A stretch of 64,000 nt of DNA from Octopus vulgaris (taxonomy: Eukaryota), in NCBI GenBank assembly GCA_951406725.2, contig OX597817.1, positions 102,734,001 to 102,798,000 of the forward strand, read 5' to 3'. Numbering within the stretch: the first letter of the stretch is position 1; each line of letters starts with the position of its first letter. Under the pieces are notes generated by a model. The model saw only the letters and a list, made by a program, of their open reading frames with translations. It was not told the DNA's origin and did no database searches. A program made the translations under genes and the position numbers. This document shows, piece by piece, positions 25,895 through 38,079 of the stretch.

Positions 25895-27286
25895 ATGGAT
25901 TCTAAGAAAATAAGCATTCTTGGCACAGGAGATTTTGCTCGAGCATTCGCTTTGAGAGCTTTCAAGTGCAACTATGATGTGATCATGGGAAGTCGAGATC
26001 CTTCAAATCGTTCCTTAGAAGTCATTGACAGATATTTCTCAGATATAGAGGTCGTTGATATTGATAGTTGTATAAAGCATTCTGATATGGTTATTGTTGC
26101 CATTCGACCGATTCACTATTCAACATTGTCTCAGTTTAAGAAACAACTGAGAGGAAAAGTAATAGTTGAGGTTTCAAATGACACCATAGATAAAGAAATA
26201 TCTAATGCTGAACAATTGTGTGAATACACGGGTGCACGCGTCGTGAAGGGATTTAATGTTCTGTCATCTTGGGCCCTCCTGTCGGAAAGTTTTGGTGGTA
26301 GTAAAAACGTTTTTATTTGTAGTGATGATGCTGAAGCTAAAACAAGAGTGATGCAGTTAACTCGAAATATAGGTTTCACACCCATTGACAGAGGTATGCT
26401 GCGTTCTGCTCGTGATATTGAACATACTGCTGCTAAAATATTTCCTGAATGGATTTCGCCAACAATTTTTGCGTGGGTATCGTTTTTGCTATTTACGCTA
26501 TGGTCGATTGCTAGAATGTTTATGAGAGAAACAATTGACTGGAGTTCTTTCCCCCTGAGACGTTTCAACCCAGCAGTTTGTACCACAGCCATTTTCCTCC
26601 TGGCTTGTTGCTATCTACCGGGAGAGCTGGCGGCATTTTTCCAGCTCTATTACGGTAACAAAATTAAACGATTTCCTAACTGGTTAGATCGCTGGTTGAA
26701 ATCTCGAAAACAAATAGGTCTGTGGGCATTTTTCTTCGCCACATTTCATATGATTATATCAGTTCTGATATTGGCTTCCGGTAATCCTTACCATTTTTTG
26801 GTAGTTGCGAAATACAAAGACTATAACTTAGAAGGAAATATTACTGTTCAAGTTCCAGAACGCTATGCATTTTACAAACATGGCGAAATTATGTTATTGG
26901 CCGGTGTTGTCACATATATATCTATGGCCATTTTAGCTGTTTCTACGATACCTTCCATATTAGAACGTTTGAATTGGCACGAGTTCGCTCTAATACAATC
27001 TTACCTCGGCTACTTTACTTTAGCTGTTGGTATTACACACGTTCTAATATACGGGGCTCCTTGGTGGATTACTTTGACAAAACCATTCGTTTTGATTCGA
27101 TCGTTTACTTTTATTTCCAGTATACTTCCACTTACTGTTCTTTTTTTCAAGATTATTTTATTATTACCGTGTGTGTTTAGGCCTCTTCGGCAAATTCGTG
27201 CTGGCAAGGAAGCTAAATTTCTTTGGCAGAAAAAGAAAAAATCTAAGAAATATTTTATTAATCATGAAGCAGTCACTTCAGTTTAA
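25895..27286 (+). CDS. STEAP: STEAP-family metalloreductase (STEAP2/3/4-like, NADPH-dependent ferric/cupric reductase), 463 aa, single coding exon
   Basis: Uninterrupted ORF with Kozak context accATGG. N-terminal oxidoreductase domain: ILGTGDFA Rossmann motif, GSRDP, EVSN, SNAE, VVKGFNVLSSWAL, VFICSDD. Ferric-reductase membrane region with WLDRWLKSRKQIGL and LNWHEFALIQSYLGY, plus two candidate heme-ligand His (FATFHMIIS, GITHVLIY). Vertebrate paralog cannot be assigned by eye. Confidence 0.96.
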   Translation: MDSKKISILGTGDFARAFALRAFKCNYDVIMGSRDPSNRSLEVIDRYFSDIEVVDIDSCIKHSDMVIVAIRPIHYSTLSQFKKQLRGKVIVEVSNDTIDKEISNAEQLCEYTGARVVKGFNVLSSWALLSESFGGSKNVFICSDDAEAKTRVMQLTRNIGFTPIDRGMLRSARDIEHTAAKIFPEWISPTIFAWVSFLLFTLWSIARMFMRETIDWSSFPLRRFNPAVCTTAIFLLACCYLPGELAAFFQLYYGNKIKRFPNWLDRWLKSRKQIGLWAFFFATFHMIISVLILASGNPYHFLVVAKYKDYNLEGNITVQVPERYAFYKHGEIMLLAGVVTYISMAILAVSTIPSILERLNWHEFALIQSYLGYFTLAVGITHVLIYGAPWWITLTKPFVLIRSFTFISSILPLTVLFFKIILLLPCVFRPLRQIRAGKEAKFLWQKKKKSKKYFINHEAVTSV

Positions 27287-27296
27287 TGGCAACAAC

Positions 27297-27492
27297 AATA
27301 AAAGCAGAATTAACTCAGAGACTTTATTCCATATAGAGCATAGATATGTAAGGGTTATAAAATTGTCTGCATGTAATCATGGTAGATTCAGTGAGCAGAT
27401 TACGCTTATACAAATAAACGACTTAGTATGCATGACTTCAAAATCTTTGTTCATATCACGACTGTATTTACTCATCATGTTGTCGAAATAAA
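27297..27492 (+). terminator. Candidate polyadenylation signals for STEAP
   Basis: AATAAA hexamers at about 27297, 27413 and 27487 downstream of the stop codon; which is used is unknown and the background is AT-rich. Confidence 0.35.
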
Positions 27493-28197
27493 TCTTAAAA
27501 TAATCATTTGAATTATACGGAAGGAGACGATCGGGCGCAGCTATTGGGTTGACTGGACATTGAACCTGTTTTGGTGACAGCACTTTTTAGCACTGAAGGC
27601 AAACATGCATACGCGTGCGCGCACAGAACTATACACATACAAATAGAAAGAGTGAGAGAAGAGAAGAGTAACAGAGACATCACAATTTATCAGCGGAATA
27701 TGATTGATATTAACACTTCCCCTCTTCTCATGCACATAAAAATATGCTCATACACATAAACAGAGAGAAACAAAGAGAACGATAGAAACATTGAAACGTC
27801 TGATGTCAAATAAGTCAGCATCGAATCAGCGACGCCTAATAGGCGGCCCCCAAAATGACTGTGCCAATACGTCTCACATTCTAAATATATTAATTATATA
27901 AATGATGTACATATTGTGACGTCTTATATTAAATGTATCTCTTTTCTAATGTTGTTATGTTTTGCTTACATTTAATCTAAAAACCTAACCCTTTTGTGTC
28001 AACGGAAGTTTTTTTTCGGTCTTTCAAATCATCAGTGTTCTTCAGTTAAGCTAGAATCGGTTTTAAAGACAGCTGCGTCAGCAGATGATAGAAAGATCCC
28101 ATCATATAATAGCATTTTAAAACATTTCTATTTTTCATCGTATTTAGCTTTGAACGTTAGTTATTATCTTTTAAAATGCGATACTAAAAGAAAGAAA

Positions 28198-28590
28198 GAA
28201 GACGTGGCTGTGTGGTAAGAAACTTACTTCACAGCTACATGGTTCCAGGTTCAATCCCACTACGTGGCACCTTAGGCAAGTGTCTTCTACTCTAGCCTCG
28301 GACCGATCAAAACCTTGTGAGTGGTTCTTGTAGACGGAAGTTGAAAGAAGCCCGTCGTATATATATGTATATATTTATGTGTGTCTGTGTTGGCACCCCG
28401 CCATCCCTTGAAAACTGTTGATGTGTTTACATCCACATAACTTAGCGGTTCCGCAAAAGTGACCGATAGAATAAGTACCAGGCTTACAAAGAATAAATTC
28501 TGGGTTCGATTTGTTCAGCTAAAACCCTTCAAAGCGATGCTCCAGCATGGCCGCAGTCAAATGATTGAGACATGTAAAAGAGAAAAATAG
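28198..28590 (+). mobile_element. SINE family B copy
   Basis: gtggctgtgtggtaag...ggttcaatccc...ccttaggcaagtgtcttc...gctccagcatggccgcagtcaaatga. Confidence 0.9.
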
Positions 28591-29094
28591 AAAGACATGA
28601 AATGATGCAACAGCATTATTAGTGACAAGGAATCAACCTCGATATGAATTATAAAAAATATATGCGCAAAGATGTTCGTATCCTTTAAATTCTGAACACC
28701 TTTAACGTAAGAGTAGACAGTGATTGTTTTAGAATTGAATTATCAGTTTATATTAAGAGTTTGGAGCACTTATTTTGACGTTTTAAAATATTTCTATGTT
28801 ATTCTATTATTTTTAAATGATAAAACACTAAAGTTTTGTTGTGACTTCGTTTAGGCATAGAGTAGATTCGAATCTGAATCTGCCAATTTCCTTTAACATT
28901 TCAACAGCCCTTAACTCACAGAAAAAACAATAGTGATAGCAGTTACATTTAACATTTGGCTTTGCCAAACCGGTTTATGTATTTACCACCGGACCCTTCT
29001 AACCTTTTGTATGCGGTGGAAAGTTGAATTGAGATAACAGTCGACCCCCAAAGAATATCTTTTGTTCTCTGTAATACACCTATTTTTTTTAGCT

Positions 29095-29985
29095 AGTTTT
29101 GTATAGTTATAAATACAAGAACTCCGTAAGCAGAATCACGGAAGAAATAGTTCTGTCTGAGGACGTAAGGCTGCGAGTGGTGGTGGAAGGTACGCCGCCT
29201 ATATGCTTCACATGTGGAGAAAAAGGCCACATGAAGGCGAGGTGCCCTCAGAGAGAACAACAGATAGAACAGACTGAGAAGCAAGAGAGTGCAGACCAAG
29301 TGGTACAAATCGAGGTAAAGGAGACAAGAACGGGGGAAGAATTTACGGTAGTAAAAAAAGAAAGAGAAGTGATAGAGTAAGCCTCCGCCAGAGAGGCAGT
29401 AAAAGAAGAAGGAAACGGTAGAGAAAGAGGTTGTGAAGAAAGGAAGATAGAATGGTGGTTGACAAGGAGATCGAAAAGGAACTCGAAAAGGAGCTCGAGG
29501 AGGAGTTGCAGAAGGAGGAAACAGCAGCAAAACAATGGTTTACCAGTAGAGGAGGAGGTTTCAGGAGAACAATAATACGAGGGTGAAATGGAGAGCTTAT
29601 TCAGAGTGGAGGAGGGAAGAGAAAAGGTACCAGCAGTGGAGTAGGAAAGGGGAAAGCAAGTAAGAAAGCTCCAAAAATATCAATGGAATTTTGTGACATA
29701 TGCGAAAAACAAAGAAACAGAATGGAAAATAATGAAATTTAAGTCTATAATAAGGGTGAAGCTGCCTACAGACGTGTATTCGGAGCATGTGAAGGCCATT
29801 GTGGTCGACAGGGAGAAATACAACAGGCTGAGAGATATGTGTTGGAAGGGGAATTGATCCGCCAGGAGTAGCGGTGGAATTCGATGAATTGCCACCAGTA
29901 GTAGAACTGAAAGATCTCGAACCTTTTATGAAATACTAGAAAAAGGATAAAAGTAAGTAAAATTGTTTTATTTAAAAAAAAAAAG
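29095..29985 (+). mobile_element. LINE ORF1 (gag-like) fragment, L1/Tx1-like
   Basis: RVVVEGTPPICFTCGEKGHMKARCP (CX2CX4HX4C knuckle) followed by purine-rich E/K-rich sequence with stops. Confidence 0.7.
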
Positions 29986-30087
29986 AGAGAGAAAACGATA
30001 AGGAAAAAAGTCACGACCGTTTCAGGCAGTTACACTTGAGACGGTCCGATCTGGTTGCCCCCTAAAAAGTCTCAGCGAAAAGCACAT

Positions 30088-30507
30088 ACTCTTTACTCTT
30101 TACTCTTTTACTCTTTTACTTGTTTCAGTCATTTGACTGCGGCCATGCTGGAGCACCACTTTTAGTCGAGCAACTCGACCCCGGGACTTATTCTTTGGAA
30201 GCCCAGTACTTATTCTATCGGTCTCTTTTGCCGAACCGCTAAGTAACGGGGACGTAAACACACCAGCATCGGTTGTCAAGCAATGCTAGGAGGACAAACA
30301 CAGACACACAAACACACACACACACATATATATATATACATATATACGACAGGCTTCTTTCAGTTTCCGCCTACCAAATCCACTCACAAGGCATTGGTCG
30401 GCCCGGGGCTATAGCAGAAGACACTTGTCCAAGATGCCACGCAGTGGGACTGAACCCAGAACCATGTGGTTGGTTAGCAAGCTACTTCCCACACAGCCAC
30501 TCCTGCG

Positions 30508-30510
<3 letters not shown>
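30088..30510 (-). mobile_element. SINE family B copy, well preserved
   Basis: Full length from (ctctttta)n tail to cacacagccactcctgcgcc head. Confidence 0.92.
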
Positions 30511-30561
<51 letters not shown>

Positions 30562-30959
30562 TGCATGTATGTATGTATGTATGTATGTATGTATGTATGT
30601 ATGTATGTATTGCTTTTTATAGTGCTTGAAAAAAAGAGGAATGAGTTTCTACATATTTTTCTTTTTGCTACATTGCATGGTATAATATTTAATAATCCAA
30701 AGGCGTAGGCGAGGGGTTAAGAAACGAAGTGCTTGCCAGCTGAATGTTTTTCTGTTCTGTTTTTTTTTTTTTAATTTCTAGACTAAAATTTATCTATATA
30801 TTAAAGCAATCTTGAAATTAATCTCACTTATTACTGGTCTAATACTTTGTAGTTAAGTGGGGATTTAACATATTTAATGTATCGTGCCAAAAAATATTTA
30901 ATTAATCAAAATCATATCCTATTCAGCTTAACTATGTTTAAAACTTTGAAAATGAGCAA

Positions 30960-31990
30960 AATTATATATGGTTGGAATCTTATTGGTGAAGCAGAAGCAT
31001 TTTCATCACCTTCTGATAGTCCAAAAATTGCCATTGTAAATGGTGCTTGTCCAAAAGATCGCAAAGAAACTTCGGACAATAAGCACTGACACCGATCTTG
31101 GACAACAATCTAAAGACATAGATTTTGACGAGTTTCTATTGATCTTTGACACTTACAAATCTATTTCATCAAAGTAGAAAACAAGAGAGAAACGATTACA
31201 AGGCAAATCTTATTCAGCATCAGATTGCTGACGACGCAAACAAACACAAAGTAAATCTCACCAAAAGACAAAAACCGGTTTAACGGAATATTTTGTGCAA
31301 GTAGTACTCAAAAATAACACACACTTCAAAAATGAGTCATCACATTATTAGCAACAGGTCACATAAGAAGCAATCATAATATGTAGTTTGAAGATAACAT
31401 AATGAAGAAACTGATACACTTTTGATCTGCTTGGCAGCAGCTGAAGAGCAATGCCATCCTGAGTACTTCAGCCCATATACCGATATCTGAGTTTTGACTG
31501 CTGCGCATTACAACAAACTCTGCAAGCATACTATGTTATGTATGACTTGAGATACGTTGGAAAACGAAGTGTGCTGGAAGAAAACAAAGGATCGGTGTTA
31601 CTGGCATTCTGGGCATTTATTGATGCAGCGTTGGGAAATCCCCTGGAGTAGACAAAAAACAATCGTTTCAACAGTACATGAAGGTTGACTAGGACTTCAT
31701 CTCAGCACAAACAGAAGTGACAAAAGAAGTTAATCTAACCCAGGAGATGAAAGGTTCATTGAGCAACTTTGCATGCTTAATGTGCAAATGACATCTATAT
31801 AACAAGTATTCCTGATTTAAGGTGATATCTGTTTTGCAAACATCTGGTGGAAAGGAGCAACTTCCCACCTTCAGTTGGTGCTCTTGAGGAGCACATTGAA
31901 TGTGTGTGTATCTTAAGTAGAGTGTGAAGCTAAGCCACTTTGATGAACAACATTTTCACACATGATTATTATCAAAGTGACCTTGATGAC
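30960..31990 (+). mobile_element. Degenerate XPG/FEN1-like nuclease region, probable Academ (AcademX) DNA transposon remnant
   Basis: Ordered decayed motifs DEFLLIFDTY, NEETDTLLI (HEEADT-like), FSPYTDI (SPDTD-like), AFWAFI..., DLR*YLFCK, FPPSVGALEEHI. Confidence 0.6.
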
Positions 31991-32447
31991 ACACTACCTA
32001 ACGCCATATAAGTATGATCATACAAAAGACACAGTTTGTGTGAAGTAACAGCAAAAGTGACGCGGATTGTCACGCCCAGAACAATGATAAAGTTGCGTAA
32101 AAACATATTCTTGAGTGATACAGGTCTTGTAAATTCTGCTGATATAACTTATAGTTCAAACCTATGACAAGACGGCTTCCTTGCTTCATAAATCTATACC
32201 TATAACTTCAAAAGACTTGCAACATGTTTTATATAACACTCTTATGTTGCGAATATAAACACAATGATTTATTGGTTTCTTAGTTTTCTATAGTCGTAAG
32301 CACTGTTCTGTGGCCTTTATTAATTCTCTGACCCAGAAAATATAGGATTGGCATAAATAAGTTTTCAGATCGACTAAAAAATGAGATTGCACAAAATATG
32401 TATTCTGAGGTGACCATATCCAAATTCCAAAATGATAGTGTTGCAGG

Positions 32448-33066
32448 TGTATATTGGTCTTCAATTTCTCCGTGCTCTGGTGATTCGAAAAATGTTCAGG
32501 TTTGCTAATCGCCAAACACTGAAAAAGGGTGGGAGAAGGAAAATGATAAGGAAGGGAGACAACTCCCAAATACACTTTGCTCGGAATGAGCATGAGAGTG
32601 TGCAGTTGTAGCGGCACAAGCAGTCAACGCCATATTGGATGAGATCTCGTGGCAGCTATTGCCATCTCTGACACTGGAGCGAGACCTCACCTGCATCCAT
32701 TTGCCATGCGCGAGATCACAACGAGACTCGCGATGGCAAACTGTATATAAGGGCAAAACAGAAACATTTTCTCTCTTCGCTCCTCCGCAGTAACGCTTGC
32801 TGAGCACGCTTCACTGGCTTGGCCTGTCTACATGTTGTACCTCCAGAGGTAATGTGCTCGCGTTAATGGAGATACAACACCACGCACACAGCTCGAGATG
32901 CTTGCTGAGAGCAACGCACTTCACCTGTTCTGTGAAACTTGTAAATAAGCATTTGTGCTTTAAGACTTCTTTCTTCGTCTGCCGGAGCCTGAACTACACG
33001 AAGAAAAGATATAATGGGAGAAGGCGATATTTTCTCGATATCGTAAACCTTGCCTTCCATTATACA
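32448..33066 (+). mobile_element. Possible solo LTR
   Basis: GC-richer block bounded by tgtata...tataca, with TATA-like tatataag at about 32745, aaataag at about 32943 and a hairpin before the TATA; no TSD seen. Confidence 0.4.
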
Positions 33067-34285
33067 GTGAAGAGTAAATTTGATCTTCGTTACCAATGTT
33101 CAACTTTTCTTTCTGCAAAAAGCAAATTATCCTTCACATTATATTTATTTTTAATTTTAATAAAACTGCGTGAAAGCAGTAAATCCTAGATTTGAATCAG
33201 GTTGTTAATTCATAACAGATCTGCTGAGTCGGTTTAGAAACTGAACTGTGCCGTATTGCAAATTTCGGCGAAAAGAGCTATGTTGTGTTCTATCGATTTA
33301 CTTTAAATAACTTTTTGCTACATAAATCATGCATAAAGAATTTAGTACTTCATCCAAAAATACAATGTAGTGCCAGAATACGAAGTCACGGGGATTTGCT
33401 AAGAAGTTGAAACTACACTAACTCAGCCATCGCAAACTTCTCTTGCAAATAGAACAGAGATTCATGATCTGTATGTTCGATATACTAAACACAGATCCAT
33501 GTGTCTACACCTACTTCACTATGTCACCATCACAGTATAAAGACAAGTTAGGCTTTGTAGAGAGAAATAAATTGATTTCATGGTACAAATTCTCATAATA
33601 ATTTTGACACAAAGAGCAATTAATTTACATTACATTTTATTTACTAATACAATTAGTGCTTCTTTGAATCCGAATCCAACATCTTGTTCAGTGCCAATAA
33701 TATCAGCTCGTTCAAAAACTTAAATCAACCGTTTAACTTCTCTGTCAGTTCGATTACGATTAACAGCATCAAAATGTAAACACTATATTCCAAGGAAGTA
33801 AAATTACATCACATCCTCACTTATTGACCATTTCGAATATTAATAGATCCTTGAATGTACAAAGTATCAACACGCATTTTAAGATTCGACATCTGCAATC
33901 TCCCACGGAAGCTTCAAGTTATTATCATCAATTTTCATAAAAAGACGAAGTATTTTTCGTGGAGAAAGTGTAAAGTCAGCTGAATTAATTCTATATATTA
34001 CTAGTATATATTTTATTGAGTCGAGAGCTGAAATGTCATATTGCTCTCGGTGATTTTAGAAGTCGTAACTGAAAAGCACAACAATAAATGTTTTAGATTT
34101 CATTTAATTCGATCGCTTTCCTGTCTCAACTTTCTTCCCTACTCGTGGTATCCTCAATATGACTAAAATGTACCAAAGGGGTGTAACCTTTAAAGTCTTT
34201 AATTAATTCAGCTTAAAGTGGCTGTTACTGCACAGTTAATTCCACTAGATAGACACCAAAAGAACCTTAATTTATATCCTTATAC

Positions 34286-34641
34286 CAGGGATTCTCAACC
34301 ATACTTTTTATGTCTATGGACCCCTTTGAAATACTATTTTAGTCGGGTGGACCCCCATAGTTATTTGATGTTTAAAAACTAGTTTCATAGAAACTTCTTT
34401 CAAAACTCTCTTATTTTGTTTTCCACACATTGACATGTGTAGGTTGAATTATGTAAAATGCTAGAGAAAGAAACCTAGCTAGTTTTTGCAATATATACCT
34501 AAATATTCATCTAATGCAAAATTTTTTCAGGGGCCCTTAAAATACGATTGTGGATCACCAGTTTACTATTTTGTTGCAGGGATCCCCAAAAATCTTATAT
34601 GGAACCTCAGGGGCCATATGGACCCCGGTTGAGAACCACTG
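34286..34641. mobile_element. hAT (Charlie-like) MITE with 8-bp TSD
   Basis: TIRs cagggattctcaacc / ggttgagaaccactg; flanks ccttatac and ccttacac (8 bp, 1 mismatch). Confidence 0.9.
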
Positions 34642-35539
34642 CCTTACACCCTTCCAAATTTACCGCTTGATCATTTACATTGATTTAATCCTAAATTTAT
34701 TGCACGTACACTGGGAATATAAATTATATTCCCGGCGCGAATCTTTGCATGAGCGGGATTAATGAAACCTGTTACGCAAATGATAATATGAGAATGAAAA
34801 TACTTTGCGTATTTTCTTATATCATTACGCTGAGTAAACCTACGAAAAAATAACAGGAGAAATATTTTTAACAAAATCTTAATAATATGAAAGTGAATGG
34901 TAAGAGGAATGTTAATGTGAAGAAAGTAAAGGGTAGTGGTTTTTACTCATTATTTTATTTATGTTTTACATTAGACTTTACACTACATAGAAAAGAAAAC
35001 TCCACCATGGTTGCCACCAAAAAATCAATATAAATATGAAAAATTCTTGTACAAATATAACTGTTTCAATTAATGCTCATGAGCAGATACTCCCACATAT
35101 AGATGTGTGCAGAATTACATAGACCGGAGATTCTTTTTATATTCACAGGGTTCGAGAGAAAACACAAATATCTAAATACATCTGATCTTTGACAAATACA
35201 CACGTCCTCTTCCATCACCATCTTTCTTCTGCAAATTCTCGTTCATATCATTAACAACAACATCGATTTCTTTACTGCTGCAGTATCTTGAAACTAAGTG
35301 ACAGGGTCAGGAATTACTGAAATTGAATATGTTTGTTTATTTATTTATTAACTTTCATTCAATCATTTAATTCATATAAACGTAACATACTATAGGCATA
35401 TATATGTCAAGAAGGAAGACAAGGAGTTGTAAGGAGGTTTTTGATAGCAAAGAATGGAATGGCCAAAGAGTAAATAATACAGATAGTAGTTGCTCGTAAA
35501 ACTATTACCTGCATTAAGCGCAGGTGATACCATGAGCTT

Positions 35540-36312
35540 ATTTTATAATATGAAATATAAATATGTATTAAATAGCCGCCAACAAAAAGTCAACCATTTG
35601 TTATTTGTGGATGACCTCAAACTTTATGCTAAAGATGAAGCCCAAGTCAGTTTTCTCGATACGGTGTATACCTTTAGTGCTGATATAGAGTTCGGACTGA
35701 GAAAGTGTTGTGTGTTAGTATTGAAGAGAGGCAAAATCAAATGTATGAAGAGGCTAACGATCCGTTGGGGGAGGTTGTGTAGCAGATAGAAGAGACGGGC
35801 TATGAGTACTTGGGGATTTTGGAAATGGATAAATTGATGGAGAAAGAAATAACAGAAAAATTTAGGTGGAGTACTTGCGCAGACTGAGACTGAGACTGAT
35901 CATTAAGTCGAAATTAAACGGACGGAATAAGATCGAAGCTATCAACACCTGGGCGGTTTCACTCCTTAGATATGGAGCAGGGGTAATCGCATGGACAGTA
36001 GACGAACTAAACAGCTTAGACAGAAAGACAAGGAAGTTGCTAACTAGATATAGGTCACTCTACCCAAAAAGTAACACAGACAGACTGCATGTACCAAGAA
36101 AAAGAGGGAGAAGAGGACAGAATTAGAGCAAAAGAAAACAACATAGCATGGTATGTAAATAATGCCACAGAACCGCTATTATTAGAAGTAAGAAGGTCAG
36201 GCTTGTGTAGGATGAAAGATTGCAAAGATAAAGCACTTTACAAGAAATTGAAAACGAATGAAACTAAAAATAGGTGGGTAAAAAAAGAATGCATGATCAA
36301 TTTCATAGGAAA
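35540..36312 (+). mobile_element. R4/Dong-clade LINE RT C-terminal fragment
   Basis: VNHLLFVDDLKLYAK, EFGLRKC, YEYLGILE, LNGRNKIEAINTWAVSLLRYGAG, LDRKTRKLL, DRLHVPRKRG. Confidence 0.9.
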
Positions 36313-36576
36313 ATCTTTTTAGTCGTTAGGGTCACTATGAGTGTTAATCCGGCCCTAAAAGCGGCATTTGTGAGTCACACAGATCAGGAGGCTAAACCCC
36401 CAGGTAAGCACCGATGCGCAGGCTGTTGTTATCAAACTGAGTGTGAGTCCAGAGCGATGTCACTACACGACGGAATAGCAATTATTTCGTCTTAGCTTTC
36501 ACTGCTTATACCAAACAGAGGACATTTTTGCTTTACGATATGGAACATTTCCTTTTCTTTCACTCTTTTTTAAAAT

Positions 36577-36895
36577 GGTACTCCGTCGCTTACGACGACG
36601 AGGTCCCTGTTTTTCTGATCAACGGAAGAGTCTGCTCGTAAAATGAACGCGTAAGTGACTGAGTACTCCACAGACATGTATACCAAAACGTAGTTCTCTT
36701 GGAGATTCAGCTTCACACAGAATGTGATAAGGCTCGCTCCTTTGAATTATAACTACAACTCATTTTTGCCAACTGAGTGGACTGCAGCAAGGCGAAGTAC
36801 AGTACCTTGCTCAAGAACACAGCGCGCCGCAGAGAATCATACTCATGGCTTTACGATCGCGGGCTGTATATTCCTAACCACTGAGCTACACACCT
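36577..36895 (-). mobile_element. SINE family C copy
   Basis: ggtactccgtcgcttacgacgacgag...ctgctcgt.aaat.aacg...ccttgctcaag...ctaaccactgagc. Confidence 0.8.
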
Positions 36896-37374
36896 TCACT
36901 CTCTTGACCGTAGAGAAAAGGAGGGAAGCGATAGAGACAGAAAAAGGAAAGCATCAGTCATTCAAAATGACAATTAGACTGAAATACGATCGATCTTTTC
37001 TAGCTTCTTTACTTTTAACAATGAAGAAGAGGGAAAGACATTTAGTAAGGAATAGAGGGAAAGTCTTTCAAGTGTTTAGGTTTTCATTCTGGGAGTTCTA
37101 GAACGATCGAATGTTAGTTCTGTCTTCCTTCCCCCAGCCCCGGTACGTATTCGCCTTCTTTCATAGTTCTTCATGTCTTTTAGTTGGGGAGAAAGACAAT
37201 GTTTATTTTCAGGCACGTTTAACGTTTCCTTTACAAACTACAAACAAGCCCCACTCGCTTCCTTTTTTTTTTTTCATACAAAATCTAATGAAAATTTCGA
37301 ACAGGATATCACTGTGGAAAGAGCCCAGAAAAATGGGTAATACCCCCTACAAAATAGGTAGGGAGAAAAGTTGC

Positions 37375-37493
37375 CAACAGGTGGCTACACGAAATTCAAC
37401 TCTATACTTTAAACAGTGTCTTCTCTTTATAGCCTTGGGCCAACCAAAGACTCCTGAGTGGATTTCGTCAATGAAAACTGAAAAAAAACCATC

Positions 37494-37569
<76 letters not shown>

Positions 37570-37762
37570 CACCACCATCATTACTTGACAACCAATGTTG
37601 GTGTGTTTGCGTCTCCGTAACTTAGCTGTTCAGCAGAAGAGACTGAGATAAAAAGCACCAGGCTTACAGAGAATATGTCCAGAGGTCGATTTCTTCGACT
37701 AAGGGGCGGTGCTCCAGCATGGCCACAGTCAAATGACATAAACAAGTAAAAGAATAAAAGAA
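37375..37762 (+). mobile_element. SINE family B copy with internal (TG)n
   Basis: agtgtcttct...gccttgggccaaccaaag...gcggtgctccagcatggccacagtcaaatgac. Confidence 0.8.
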
Positions 37763-38079
37763 TGCCAAAAGAACGTTCTATACCATTAAACCAAGAAAGT
37801 CCTTTGAATATGTATGATGTACTTTAAGGCTAAATAGTAATTCTGTTTACGTTTGCGTAACCGAGATATTTTGGTTGGATTATATAGTCATTGGTATTAC
37901 ACTTCTTTCTATTTTCTGTAAGTGTCACAATATAGAAACATTTCTCATGGCACCAACACACAATTTACAGATGCTTACATTTTATATGTTTTCCGTGAAG
38001 TTTTCACGGGTCCAGCTAGTAAACTAGAGTAATAGTAATATTGATACAAAATATTAAGGTAAATGTGTTACATCAAGCA

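Noticed and set aside
26131-27207. Antisense and alternate-frame ORFs overlapping STEAP
   Set aside because: Shadow frames of a real CDS with no independent features
28005-28040. Minus-strand CTGATGA...GAAA hammerhead
   Set aside because: No supporting stems or cleavage triplet
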